Source: Octopus sinensis (Eukaryota). Taken from it: a stretch of 44,581 nucleotides of DNA. The stretch lies in contig NW_021834919.1 in assembly GCF_006345805.1 (NCBI RefSeq), positions 1 through 44,581 on the forward strand, given 5' to 3'. The position numbers and the translations under genes were made by a program. The notes beneath the pieces were generated by a model. The model saw only the letters and a list, made by a program, of their open reading frames with translations. It was not told where the DNA came from and searched no databases. Positions within the stretch are counted from its first letter, which is position 1; the number at the start of each line of letters is the position of its first letter. Shown piece by piece: positions 22,592-35,125 of the stretch.

Positions 22592-22854
22592 ATAATGAAT
22601 AATAAATGCACCCTTTTAAGGCCTAGCCAGGCTCATGGGCTCAGTTTCCTGGTTTCTATGGCGTATGTGTTCCCCAGCTGGACGGGACGCCAGTCCATCG
22701 CAACGTTACTCATTTTTGCTAGCTGAGTGGACTGGAGCAACGTGAAATGAAGTTTTATATTCAAGAACACAACGCGTCGCCCGGTCCAGGAATCGAAACT
22801 ACAAACTTACGATCATGATGCTGACACCCTACCCACTAATCCACGCGCCTCCAC
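22592..22854 (-). mobile_element. SINE family B, full length
   Basis: Perfect 16-bp TSD ATTAATCAACTATTAA at 22576-22591 and 22855-22870; reverse complement of 8001-8254. Confidence 0.95.
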
Positions 22855-23501
22855 ATTAATCAACTATTAAGTTCATTTAATTAAATGGAATACAGGTGCT
22901 GGAACATTAGTGTAAATTTGTGCGTTCATGAGAGGTTTTGGGCCATTAATGCTCAGAATATCGGCGCTATACCTATACCAGATATTACAAAAATACGGGA
23001 TGGACCCTTATTACCATTTGAACTGTGAACTAAAATATATATACATTAATGTTTTAAGGCATCCTGCATTTTAGTGCTTCAATGTCTCCTCTTCTCTTAT
23101 AGATGTGATACAGGCCACAACGCTGAAAGCAGGGAAACCTTTTCGGGTTATTCTTGTGTCTCGGCTTTTGAGCTAACTGTAATAGCGACTACACAAATTG
23201 TAACTTGTTTTATGTGAAGTTTTAAGCAAGTAGTAACGAATTAACACGTAAATATATATTTCTCAACTCTCTCTCATCTCTCTCCGTCCTCCTCCTCTTT
23301 CTTCCTCTCTCTCTCATCTTCAATCCTCTCTCTCTGTTTCAATCAAGAACTGCTTGGAGAACTTGATCTAATTCAGCTGAGTAATTAATTAACTTTTGTA
23401 AATGAATGATTGCAATGCATATAGAATCATTCAGTCGATTGGGTGATCATTTCAGTATAACTGTTGTATACAATTTACTATCAATAATATATTATTGTAT
23501 A

Positions 23502-23548
23502 TGGTGCCCCAGCATGACCACAGCTTCCGAGCTGAAACTAGTTAAAGA
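23502..23548 (+). mobile_element. Isolated LINE 3'-tail fragment
   Basis: GGTGCCCCAGCATGACCACAGCTTCCGAGCTGAAACTAG matches the tail at 16656-16693. Confidence 0.7.
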
Positions 23549-23555
23549 GATATGT

Positions 23556-23885
23556 ATAGGTGCAGGTAAGGAATTTGATTCCCAACCGCATGGTTCCGGG
23601 TTCAGTCTTACTGCGACGCACCTCGAGCAACTGTCTACTACAATAGCTACGGGCCGACCAAAGCCTTGTGAGTGGATTTGGTAGTCGGAAAATGTAAGAA
23701 GTCTATCGTAAATATGTATGTATGTGTGTGTGTATCTGTGTCTGTGCTTGTACTTCTTCCACCCACACACACACACACACGTTCCCGTAACTTAGCGGTT
23801 GGGCAAAACAGACCTATAGAATAACTACCAGGTTTAAACAAAACAGTACTAGGGTTGCATTCTAATAAGTGAAACAGATAAAAGA
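23556..23885 (+). mobile_element. SINE family A
   Basis: CCCAACCGCATGGTTCCGGG...AAAGCCTTGTGAGTGGATTTGG...CGTAACTTAGCGGTT. Confidence 0.85.
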
Positions 23886-23889
23886 TTAT

Positions 23890-24263
23890 ATGTGCAGTGG
23901 CTGTGTGGTAAGAAGCTTGCTTCCCAACCGCATGGTTTCGGATTCAGTCCCACTGCGTAGCACCTTGAGCAAGTGACTTGTTCTTTAGCCTCGGGTCGGC
24001 CAAAGCCTTGTGAGTGGATTTGGTAGATGGAAACTGAAAGAAGTCCGTCGTATATATATGTGTGTGTGTGCGTGTCGCTTGAGATTCGATGTTGATGTGT
24101 TTATGCCCCCATAACTTAGCGGTTCGACCAGAGAGACAGATAGAATACGTACTAGGCTTCCAAAGAATAAGTCTTGGAGTCGATTTGTTCGACCATAACA
24201 CTTCAACGCAGCGCTCCAGTATGGGCGTAATCAAATGACTGAAACAAGTAAAAGAAAAAAGAG
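23890..24263 (+). mobile_element. SINE family A, full length, directly tandem to the previous copy
   Basis: Complete head, body and CAAATGACTGAAACAAGTAAAAGA tail. Confidence 0.92.
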
Positions 24264-24629
24264 AATATATTGACAGGTGGAGGTAGGAAGAAATACATCA
24301 AAGCAGCATCACGAAACTTCGTCAGGCAGAACAAGAACCTCAAACCTAGTAACAACAACAAATTAGAAAGAAATGGCAGTTAAAACTAAATAGCAACTAT
24401 TACAAAAACAAACAAAAATATCCTTCTCTGCTGAAACGAATATAAACCATTATCAATAGCAAGCAATAAATCTGCGATACGGCCTCCCAACACTGACCGT
24501 CAGAATGTCATAATTTGCCGCTAGCAAACGCCATGTTGCATCCCACTTGCAGAAGAATTACCAGTGCAGTGTTACAGGTTATCAGATCGAGGCGGGAACT
24601 GTTAGATGATTGCAGCAGGAGAGTGTGCA

Positions 24630-24640
24630 TGTATACGTGT

Positions 24641-24691
<51 letters not shown>

Positions 24692-24704
24692 TATATATAT
24701 ATAT

Positions 24705-24747
<43 letters not shown>

Positions 24748-24817
24748 TATACATATATATATGTATGTATATATATATATATATATATATATACAGATAT
24801 ATATACATATATATATG

Positions 24818-24894
<77 letters not shown>

Positions 24895-24951
24895 GTATGT
24901 ATATATATATATATATATATACAGATATATATATACATATATATATGTATG

Positions 24952-25020
<69 letters not shown>

Positions 25021-25141
25021 ATGTATATATATAATATATATATGTATATATGGGTATGTTTGCGTGTATACATACGTGTGTGTGCGCGTGTGTATGTCTC
25101 TGTGCGTGTGTATGTGTGTGTATGTGTGTGTGTGTGTGTGA
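24630..25141. repeat. Compound (TA)n/(TATG)/(TG)n microsatellite
   Basis: Direct; explains the overlapping YIYI and VCVC ORFs. Confidence 0.97.
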
Positions 25142-25346
25142 TGTTTTGATAATAGTCGAATGAATTTACAAACTAGCAGGGCTTAAGGTGTCAGTTGAAT
25201 GGACGGAAGATAAATGGCCAGGCAGATAGAATGATGTAATGCGTTAAAACTAGAAATCAGATCTTACAGTGGTTTATTTATAAAGCCATAACACCATCTT
25301 TCGCTTGAGCAAAACACTCTCCTTCTCTTTTCAATATATATACATT

Positions 25347-25405
<59 letters not shown>

Positions 25406-25487
25406 TGTGTGTTTGTGTATATTCATATATTATATATGTGTGCATGTGTGTGTGCGTATAGTCGTTTATTATATATAGATATATATG

Positions 25488-25822
25488 AAGGCGCATGGCT
25501 CAGTGGTTAGAGCGTCGAGCTTACGATCATGAAGTTGTGAGTTCGATTCCCAGACCGGGCTGCGTGTTGTGTTTTTTAGCAAAATAATTTATTTCACGTT
25601 GCTCCTGTTAACTCGGCTGTAGAAATGAGTTGCGACATCACTGGTGCCAAGTTGTATCAGCCTTTGCTTTTTCCTTGGTTAACATCAGTGGTGTGGAGAG
25701 GGGAGGCTGGTATGCATGGGCGACTGCTGGCCTTCCACAAACAACCTTACTCGGACTTGTGCCCCGGAGGGTAACTTTCCAGGTGCAATTCTATGGTCAT
25801 TCATGACCGAAGAGGATCCCCT
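25488..25822 (+). mobile_element. SINE family C, full length
   Basis: Colinear with 18491-18829. Confidence 0.92.
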
Positions 25823-25823
25823 C

Positions 25824-25858
<35 letters not shown>

Positions 25859-26185
25859 TATATAGTAGAAATATGTTACGAAAAGAAAATATAAAATACA
25901 CGTGGAAATGTAAGGGTAAAATTTGAAAAATCAACGAAAATGCATATTGCAAATAGAAAAAGGCTATTTATGACCGGTAGTGACAAATATATAGATGTAG
26001 ATTGATTGAGGTAGTAATACGAGTCATAAAGGTCATTATTATGAGATGATTATAAGATGATAATAAAGTAAGAGAACAAAACGAACCAATGATTTACGCG
26101 AAGGCTATTCATCGTTTAACAACACCGGTTAATATATATATATATATATATATATACTTTATTTAAAAGCAGCAGAAATTCAACA

Positions 26186-26231
26186 AAACCTGTTACTCGG
26201 AGTTTCACGTTCCCGATCGTCGGACAGTTTT
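26186..26231 (-). ncRNA. Type I hammerhead motif with two substitutions, in a ~95-bp module between (TA)n tracts
   Basis: Minus strand CTGT-CCGACGA-TCG-GGAA-CGT-GAAA-CTC-C-GAG-TA-ACAG: core U4 replaced by C, and a T-T mismatch at the base of stem II. Confidence 0.6.
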
Positions 26232-26236
26232 GTTAA

Positions 26237-26297
<61 letters not shown>

Positions 26298-26382
26298 GTA
26301 TGTATGCATATCTGTCTATCTATTTCTCTCTCCCACCTCTCCTGTATATATTATATATATATATGATACATATATAGTGTAG

Positions 26383-27215
26383 TGAATATTAGTTATAAAT
26401 ATCACCACCAATGGCCTAGCATGTATAAATAGTCAATAGACAACATATTCATATTTTAAAATAGTGTGCATTTAAATACAAAAGAAAACTACCCTTTAAC
26501 AGGTAATTTTTACATGCTAGGAATAGCAGCCAACACGGCCAAAACCACGATTTAATAGCAATTTTCGAAGGAAATGAAAAATAAAAACTTTTACCTTGTT
26601 ATTTTTATTTACGGTTATACCATGGTTTTGAATTTCTTTAGCAAATAATACTGCTTGCCATCTTTTAATAGATAATTTAGCAAAACAATATTATCCGCCA
26701 GGCGAATTCTCGTCAGTAACCGGCCTCAATAACTAACTTATAATTCAGAGACAAGATAACACGTCACCCGTCATTATGTTATAATTTTTCAAAATTCCGC
26801 CGGCAATAAATATAATGCCGAGCTGAATCTTCGAGAATGCTAAGCACATATTCATAAGATACATATATAGGGTAGCGAATATTCGTTATAAATATCACCA
26901 CCAGTGGCCTAGCATGTATAAATAGTCAATAGACAACATATTCATATTTTAAAATAATGTACATTTAAACACAAAAGAAAACTACCCTTTAACAGGTAAT
27001 TTTTACATGCTAGAAATAGCAGCCAACACGGCCAAAACCACGATTTAATAGCAATTTTCGAAGGAAATGAAAAATAAAAACTCAGCATTATATTTATTGC
27101 CGACTGTAATACTCCTGTGCGCGGAATTTTGAAAAATTATAACATATAATGACGTGACACGTGTTATCTTGTATCTGAATTATAAGTTAGTTATTAAGGC
27201 CGGTTACTGTAGAGC
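26383..27215. repeat. Composite repeat: ~205-bp direct repeat plus ~115-bp inverted repeat
   Basis: Direct copies 26383-26590 and 26878-27082; inverted arms ~26714-26822 and ~27083-27210 (CAGTAACCGGCC.../...GGCCGGTTACTG). Confidence 0.9.
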
Positions 27216-27311
27216 AATCTTCAGCTGCACAAATACCATACTAAATTCTGTACCATACTCAAGTAAACTCAAGTACCATATTCATCTGAATCTAAATTTT
27301 TACTGAACATT

Positions 27312-27601
<290 letters not shown>

Positions 27602-28139
27602 GTGAGAGAGATTTATATATAAATGTATATATATGTGAGTGTTTATATATATTTATATATGTGTGTGTGTGTGTTTACATCTATTTCACTCTTACACACA
27701 CATATAAAGGGATAAAGAGAAACGCATAACTCATCAGATAGTTAGATAGATAGATAGATGCTTTAGAATGTTTACGACGATGCATGTTTTTTTCGTATTC
27801 GTGTATGTGTTTACATAAAAGTCCGCACGTATGTGTTTATGCGTAACTTTGTGTGTGAGTGTGTGTGTGTGTGTGTGAGTGTGTGTGCACGCTTGCATCT
27901 ATGATCGAAACAGCCGTTCCAATATAAATTATAAATAATTAATTGAGCAAGAACTGAATGAAAGAAAATAAAACGAGGGAAAACATAAAAGACTGATTTA
28001 GTAGTTGGCTTTGACACTTCAATAGTAATACAGGCGAGATGTCCTTGTTTGTATTTTTATATTTTTTATATTGTATTTTTATATATGTCAGTCTGTGAAT
28101 GCCAGTGTGTATATGTATACATGTATATATATGTGTCAA

Positions 28140-28870
28140 CGTGTATGTGTGTATTAGTGTGTGTGTGTTTTAGCGTGTGTATATGTGTGTATTAGCGTGT
28201 GCGTATGTGTGTGTTAGCATGAACGTGTGTTAGTGTGTCTGTACTAGTTTGTGTGTGTGTGACTTAGCGTGTGTGCATGTGTGTTTGTTTGTGTGGTGTG
28301 TGTGTGTGTATGTTAACGTGAATGCGTGTTAGCGCGTGTGCATGAGTATGTGTGTGTATGTGTGTGTGTTAGCGTGAATGTGTGCTAGCGTGTGTACATG
28401 TTTGTGTTTATGTGTTAGCGTGTGTGCGTATGTGTGCTAGTGTGTGTGTGTGCGTGTGTTAGCGTGTGTGCATGTATGTTTGAGTGCTTGTGTGTGTGTG
28501 TGTGTGTGCTAGTGTGTGTGTATATCTGTGTGTTAGCGAGTGTGCATGTATGTTTGAGTGCTTGTGTGTGTGTGTGTGTGTGCTAGTGTGTGTGTATATC
28601 TGTGTGTTAGCGTGTGTGCATGTATGTTTGAGTGCTTGTGTGTGTGTGTGTGTGTGCTAGTGTGTGTGTATATCTGTGTGTTAACGAGTGTGCATGTGTT
28701 TGAGTCTTTGTGTGTGTGTGTGTTAGCATGAATGTGTGAGAGCATTTGTGCACTTATTTTTTTGTGTGTGTGTGTGTGTTAGTCTGAATATGTTTTAGCG
28801 TATGCGCAATTGTGTTTGTGTGTGAGTGTTTTTGTGTGTGTGTGTGTGTATGTATGTGTATGTGTGTTTA
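28140..28870. repeat. GT-rich compound repeat with ~55-62-bp higher-order units
   Basis: Recurring GCTAGTGTGTGTGTATATCTGTGTGTTAGCGAGTGTGCATGTATGTTTGAGTGCTT in 28440-28720. Confidence 0.9.
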
Positions 28871-28924
28871 TGTGCCTGTTAGAGAGAGAGAGCGAAAAAG
28901 TGTGCGAGTGAGTTTGTTATGGTA

Positions 28925-29739
28925 CAGGGTGCTCGGGCAATATTTGACGACTTATTTTCTCTCCTTTTTTTAAATTTTATTTGAGGACCAACTTTGATGC
29001 GTTGGTGAACACTCAACGGCATTGGAGAGCATAAGGATTAAAGTTGAAGTCGAGAAAAAATTGACATGGAGGACTGAAAGACATCTGAATATTGGAAAAG
29101 CGTTAAGTGTATCATAATGATTCCCGCCGGGTATCAAAATGCACACATTATATCTGCGACTCAGTCCTGTGTGAACACTGTAAAAGCGGTAAGACGTTAC
29201 ATGGACAGTTACAACGGAACCTATGGTGTTCTGACTGCGTCCGCTTGCTGGGATTCATCCAACAAACGCAGGAACAGGGTCTTATGCTTAATTCAGACGG
29301 CCATGTGAAGCTGTTGGAGACTGTCATTAAACCGTGTTTGGAGAGGATTGCTGTTGGAATAGGATTAGGCTCCTTCCGAAAAATTAAGGAAGGGTTATCG
29401 GAGAATTACTACGATTTCACCAGCCCCAGTTTCTGGCCTCCCAATTTTCTCAGTTGCAATCCCATAGGTTATCATGTCTATGAGCGGTCGAGCTGGTGGC
29501 CAAGGACAAGGAGGTGTTCGAAGATCTTCCTTGAGTTACAGTGAGGAACGCATAAACCAGGTCCGGAGCCGTCTTGAGCCGTGGGAAAAGCTTATGGCGG
29601 CTACTTTGAGTAAGCTGTTATCGCTCAGCCATAATATAGCTGATGGTTTTTTACATTTTAAAATACTTCTATTTTTCGATGAGGTATTGTATGTTCTTTT
29701 CCTTTTATGCAGACAGTCAAATTTAGCACGAACACCCTG
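28925..29739 (+). mobile_element. Internally deleted DD37D (maT) transposon with both TIRs, 815 bp
   Basis: TA-CAGGGTGCTCGGGCAATATTTGAC and GTCAAATTTAGCACGAACACCCTG; remnants YQNAHIISATQSCVNTVK, VIKPCLERIA, DFTSPSFWPPNFLSCNPIGYHV; homologous to 8590-10972. Confidence 0.9.
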
Positions 29740-29892
29740 TTTATCTGCATCGATGTTTCTATGGGTGTTTCGGTATGTATATGTTTGTATGAAAATTTTC
29801 GAACAACATTCTTTGCATTGATGTTTATGATAACAAGGAATTCTCAACATTTGTTTTCGAATGGCAATTTATATATTTACGTATATTTTTCA

Positions 29893-30075
29893 CCCTCAGG
29901 TTAGCTCTGATCAAGCAAGCTTATTATTAGAGCATTCGGGCCATTATTATCCAAACTTATTTCCATACAATGCTTCCAGAACTGCATTCTCTTGTGTCTA
30001 ATTTCTTCTTTTAAGACAGTAGTGCCTTTACTTGATAGGATTTAGTTGCTATTTCTAACATCTACACTGGCCACG
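29893..30075 (-). mobile_element. SINE-like repeat, family F, diverged
   Basis: GTTAGCTCTGATCAAGCA...TAAGACAGTAG...GATTTAGTTGCTATTTCTAACA. Confidence 0.55.
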
Positions 30076-30295
30076 TAGAGGCTCTTTTCTTAGCATCTGT
30101 CTTTGCACGTATTTTGTATTAGGAGTCACGGAAAAATACAGAGAAACGTTGGAATCTTTTTGGAACGCGAGAATTCTCTTTCTGTCGTAGTTGTTTCGAG
30201 TGGTGAGCAATTCAAGTAGGAGATTATTTACGTTTAATTGTTGGAAAATCGATGTTGAAAAAAATTGCTTACTGCTTATTTTATATCACAAGGTC

Positions 30296-30676
30296 CAGCC
30301 TGTGTTGTGGTGTGGTTGCTTCTGAGCCTCAATGACCCGGAATGAAAGCTCCCCGGAAGGGCTTCTCATACTGGACAAGTCAAAAGACTGAAGCCATGCT
30401 CATATGGACCACACCTTTGTAAAGCCTCCACTCGCGACTAAAAAAAAAAAAATCAGATTTGCAGAACCATCGATGACAGTTCAAAACAAACAAGACCTGA
30501 GAGGAGAAAGCTTTCCCTCAGGGAAACATGACGCTGTACAGCAAAATCTGGAATGAAACTGCAAGGAAAGAGCAAGGAACCAACCGGAGCGAAGCAAAAA
30601 GGAACCCAAATTTGAGAAAAGAGAAGAAATGTCGTCGATGGCCTATGCTCCAATTGGAACAAAGAGCTTAGGTAAG
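30296..30676 (+). mobile_element. Bipartite RTE-LINE derivative: 5'UTR-like segment fused to the ORF C-terminus
   Basis: TGTGGTGTGGTTGCTTCTGAGCCTCAATGACCCGG...CATACTGGACAAGTCAAAAG resembles RTE leaders as I recall them; then LRET*RCTAKSGMKLQGKS...VVDGLCSNWNKELR*. Confidence 0.6.
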
Positions 30677-31283
30677 AAAACTTTGCCTGTGAGGCTGGAA
30701 ACGTAAATGACCTCGTTTCACTATCTTCACTAAAATCTCCATCATCCTATTTAAGTTTCGCCGTTTCCTCTTCAAAAAAGAATAATTAAACTCTTGAACT
30801 CGCAACTAAAGTTACCTCTATATGAGACACCAAAGCTTTACAATTAAGCCACAGAGATATCTATGACTCATAATCTATATGATAATATATTATTAATTAG
30901 AGGTATTATTTCTCTTACGTTTATTTATGCGTGTTTTTTTTTATGTCTGCGCCTTATTTAAAAATTATTTATTAGTTTAATTATAACCACAAAATCGTTC
31001 GTACGAGGATTTGGTTTTGCTTTCTTAGGCTTACTTGAACTGAGTAAAAGAATGAGAAATTAAACAAAAATTCTAAAGGTGATATTTTGAAATGCAGAAT
31101 TAGAACAGCTGCAGAGTATTTCATTTCTTAATCTTGGATAATTCCAATTTCCGAGATGATGAATATTTTAATCTGTAGGATGAAAGTAAAGAACCTGAAA
31201 TCTTTCAGCAGCCGACATTACGGCAACAAAAATGGTTGTTATATCTATTATAAATGTCCCAGCTTCCTGCACATTTACACTCC

Positions 31284-31475
31284 CACACACACACACGCGC
31301 ACATACGCATATACACACACATAAAAACAAATAGACACATGCACATATACACACACACGCGCACATACGCATATACACACACATAAAAACAAATAGACAC
31401 ATGCACATATACACACACACGCGCACATACGCATATACACACACATAAAAGCAAATAGACACATGCACATACACA
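31284..31475. repeat. 62-bp tandem repeat, about 3 copies, built on (CA)n
   Basis: ATAAAA(A/G)CAAATAGACAC recurs at 31321, 31383 and 31445. Confidence 0.93.
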
Positions 31476-32356
31476 CACACAAGCACATACACACATACAC
31501 ACACATACACGCACATACACAAGTATATAGACACATATGTACGTGTCAATATACGCATGCAGTCATACATGCCTATGTATATGTGTGGGCATATATGTGT
31601 GTATGTGTGTGTATGTATATATATGGACGTACATACACACATACACAAACACACACGCACGCACACACTCGCGCACGGGCACACACACACACACACATGT
31701 GTAAACATGTATTTCTATGCAACACACATATATGCATATGTACATATATAAAAGTGTGTAGAATGGTAATAGTAATAACTAGTAATTCTAAGGGAAATAT
31801 TACTCTTGTGCATAGCAATTAGCAGAGGGCTCAATAAATGCGATACAATATTAGGTTTATTGTAATAATATTTGGATGTATATGAATATAGCCAAAATAA
31901 AAAGAGTGGGAGTTACTGTCATGAAAGAATTGTGTGTTGTTTGTCGAGGAGATTAGGAGATAGAGCAAAGAAGGGTGATGAGAGAAAGGGAGATATGCGA
32001 AGACTGTGCATACGAGTGAATTACTGTCCAAATAGGTGAGCAGAACAATTATGTAGGTAATACTTAAGTTGAGAGTAATGCAGCAGACCCGTGGTTCTTT
32101 TAGACTTGGACGTTTTTATCGATGTTTTTAATGCAAAATCGTCGTCGATCATCAGAGGTTCCGAAACCTAGTATTTTTCTACAAGTTACGAGTTTTCGCC
32201 GCTTACCACATGCGGGGAAAAGCCAACGGTGCAAGATTGAGGATAGCAATTCATTTTAAATCTAAGGTGATTGTAAATTATATATAATTTCGAAATGATA
32301 AGGTATTATTGTAAAATATAGAACATTTTAAAGTCAAATTCAAACATTTTTTTACT

Positions 32357-32391
<35 letters not shown>

Positions 32392-32568
32392 ATATGTCTG
32401 AGTGTTTAAATATCTAATTCTAAGTTTCTTTACAAACACGTGCGTGCACCCGTATACAACACCTGCAAGCACACATACACATAAATGCATATACGCATAC
32501 ATAAATAAATGTTGTTCCAGCATGGCCACAGTCAAATGATTGAAACAAGTAAAAGAATAAAAGAGTAT

Positions 32569-32600
<32 letters not shown>

Positions 32601-32764
32601 CAGTGTTGGCCAAAAGTCACTTGATAGTAAATTAAAATCATTTAATTCCAAGATTTATTTATGTTTAATAACTGAATGAATTTAATAAAAGCATCTAAAT
32701 ATGAAACATCATGAAAAATGTTCAAACTGAAGTTCTTGAGCGACACAGTTTTCCATTCGAGTCA
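32601..32764. mobile_element. Second copy of the Tc1-type MITE, inverted relative to 3620 and cut by a SINE
   Basis: TA-CAGTGTTGGCCAAAAGTCAC; aligns with the reverse complement of 3680-3842. Confidence 0.85.
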
Positions 32765-33150
32765 ATGGAAGCACTCCGTCGGTTACGACGACGAGGGTTC
32801 CGGTTGATCCGAATCAACGGAACAGCCTGCTCGTGAAATTAACGTGTAAGTGGCTGAGCACTCCACAGACACGTGTACCCTTAACGTTGTTCTCGGGGAT
32901 ATTCAGCGTGACACAGAGAGGGACAAGGTCGGCCCTTTGAAATACAGGTACAACAGAAACAGGAAGTAAGAGTGAGAGAAAGTTGTGGTGAAAGAGTACA
33001 GCAGGGATCACCACCATCCCCTGCCGGAGCCTCGTGGAGCTTTAGGTGTTTTCGCTCAATAAACACTCACAACGCCCGGTCTGGGAATCGAAACCGCGAT
33101 CCTATGACCGCGAGTCCGCTGCCCTAACCACTGGGCCATTGCGCCTCCAC
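32765..33150 (-). mobile_element. SINE family D, full length
   Basis: Reverse complement of 14091-14474 with few differences. Confidence 0.95.
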
Positions 33151-33257
33151 AAATCATAGAAAAGTTATTATCATACAAACTTCCACTCAAAATTTTTTTC
33201 TTTAAAACAGTAAAGAAACATGCTGTATTTCTCTGTCAATACTTTGTTTCTAGTATC

Positions 33258-33425
33258 GGCGGAGAGCTAGCAGAATCGTTAACATTCAAGTTCCACTGAG
33301 GCCGATTTTACCTTTCGTTCTTTCGGGGTCGATAAAATAAGTACCAGCTGAACGCTTGGGTCGATATAATCAAGCTAACCTCTTCGTCGAAATTGCTGGC
33401 CTTATACCAATATTTGAAATCAATA
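33258..33425 (+). mobile_element. SINE family E, shortened
   Basis: GGCGGAGAGCTAGCAGAATCGTTA...TTTCGGGGTCGATAAAATAAGTACCAG...TTGCTGGCCTT. Confidence 0.8.
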
Positions 33426-33511
33426 TTTTGTTTTCTTTCGCAATTTTCTGAATTCACAGATCCAGCATTTAAGTTTTTTTCAAATTTCAGATCAATATTA
33501 TGTTAACGGTA

Positions 33512-34015
33512 TTCTTCTTTCTGCCTTTAACCCTCCAATGCAGAGTATAGGCCACCTATAGTTGAATCCCATGTCGCATAATTTTTCGCTTCTGTACTTA
33601 TACTCTGCCATGAATGTCCCCCTTTCTCTAGTTCCTATTGTGTTGATCTACGCCACGAGTTCTTAGGCCTACCTCTCCTTCTATATCCATCCGGTTTCCA
33701 CTTTAAAGCACTTTTTGCTACATTTGGTGTTTCTTTTCTAATTGTGCTACCAATTCACTTCCACTTTTTCTTAAATATTTGCTCCCTAATCGAAACTTGA
33801 TTTGTTCTTTGTCATAGCTCCATATTGCTTATGTGTATGGGCCATCTAATTTTAAGTATACTACGCAAGTATCTGTTGATGAATGATTGTATTTGCTTAT
33901 TTGACTTAGCTGTTGTTGACCATGTTAACGACATTAGGAAAATAACAAAAATAGTATAATCCCTTTTCCCGATATTGTAAAAGCATGAGGATTGTACAAA
34001 AGGAAACACAACATT
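33512..34015 (-). pseudogene. RTE-clade LINE, ORF C-terminus and 3' end
   Basis: IQSFINRYLRSILKIRWP.HISNMELWQRTNQ...KWK*IGSTIRK...ALKWKPDG.RRRGRPKNSWRR...GGLYS; (GAA)-like tail. Confidence 0.9.
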
Positions 34016-34759
34016 CTACCATACAAACCAATATAAGGAAGGGTGCAATGATTATTGGCCTCAATTTTTATTATCACTTATGAACAGGCATAGATGGTTT
34101 TTAATAATATCCTTTAAACAGACCCGTTGTTGATACCCTTAAAAATTCTCCACCCCGAACAGAAATACAAATACAAACATACCCGGCATCCTTTAAAGAC
34201 ACACAAACATAAAAATTAAGAAAAGGGCATCATCAACTCAAATGAAAAAAATAGGGCTATCTTATCAGTAGGGTGAATTATGCGAACCCCGAAACTCACT
34301 ATTATGATTTAATATGAAGGAGAACGAAAGAGGGTGGGAAGAACTACTGAAGGGAGAAGGAGAAAATGAAGAAGGGTGTAGTGGGGATGGGGGTGTCGCA
34401 AACTGAAGAAGCACGGGCTGTAATCTAAAGTGGAAGATAAGTACGAGTGAAGCTCTTAATAAGTAGCAGTAACAACAATAATTGCAAAATTCTGTTGTTT
34501 TTATCAGAGGCGTGAAACCTTCGGATTTTTGGTAGGGTTCAAAAGAAACGGGGAAATTGTGACGATTATAGAATTTCTCAAGGGTATTGCATTTAAGGTG
34601 GTATAAAGTAAAAGTTTCCCAGCCGGGAATCGAAAGCGGTTCGTGCTTACGGTTCGCTGAAAATAGCATCTAATTTACAGCACCAGGTGCTCGCAAATAC
34701 AAAAATTATAATAACAGCAACAACAGCAACAATAACAATTATTATAATGATTTCAAATT

Positions 34760-35125
34760 TTGGCACGAGGCCAGCAAGTTCGGGGTGGGGTTACATCTAT
34801 TACATCGACCCCAATGCTCAACTGGTATTTATTTAATCGAAGGCGGCGAGCTGGCAGAATCGTTAGCACGCCGGGCGAAATGCTTAGCGGTATTTCGTCT
34901 GCCGCTTCGTTCTGAGTTCAAATTCCGCCGAGGTCGACTTTGCCTTTTATCCTTTCGGGGTCGATTAAATAAGTACCAGTTGTGCACTGGGGTCGATTTA
35001 ATCGACTTAATCCGTTTGTCTGTCCTTGTTTGTGCCCTCTGTGTGTAGCCTCTTGTGGGCAGTAAAGAAATAGGTATTTATTTAATCGATCCCTAAAGGA
35101 TGAAAGGCAAAGTCGACATTGAGAA
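34760..35125 (-). mobile_element. SINE family E (outer copy), split by a same-family insertion
   Basis: GGCCAGCAAG...CATCGACCCC...CAACTGGTATTTATTTAATCGA resumes as TCCCTAAAGGATGAAAGGCAAAGTCGAC. Confidence 0.85.
34841..35072 (+). mobile_element. SINE family E (inner copy)
   Basis: Perfect 17-bp TSD GGTATTTATTTAATCGA at 34824-34840 and 35073-35089. Confidence 0.93.

Noticed and set aside
24280-24630. Possible PLE linker remnant (TIRKKWQL)
   Set aside because: One short motif with several stops; insufficient.
32105-32160. Minus-strand CTGATGA-TCGACG...CATCGA-TAAAAACGTC
   Set aside because: G12 is missing and stem I does not pair; too degenerate to call.
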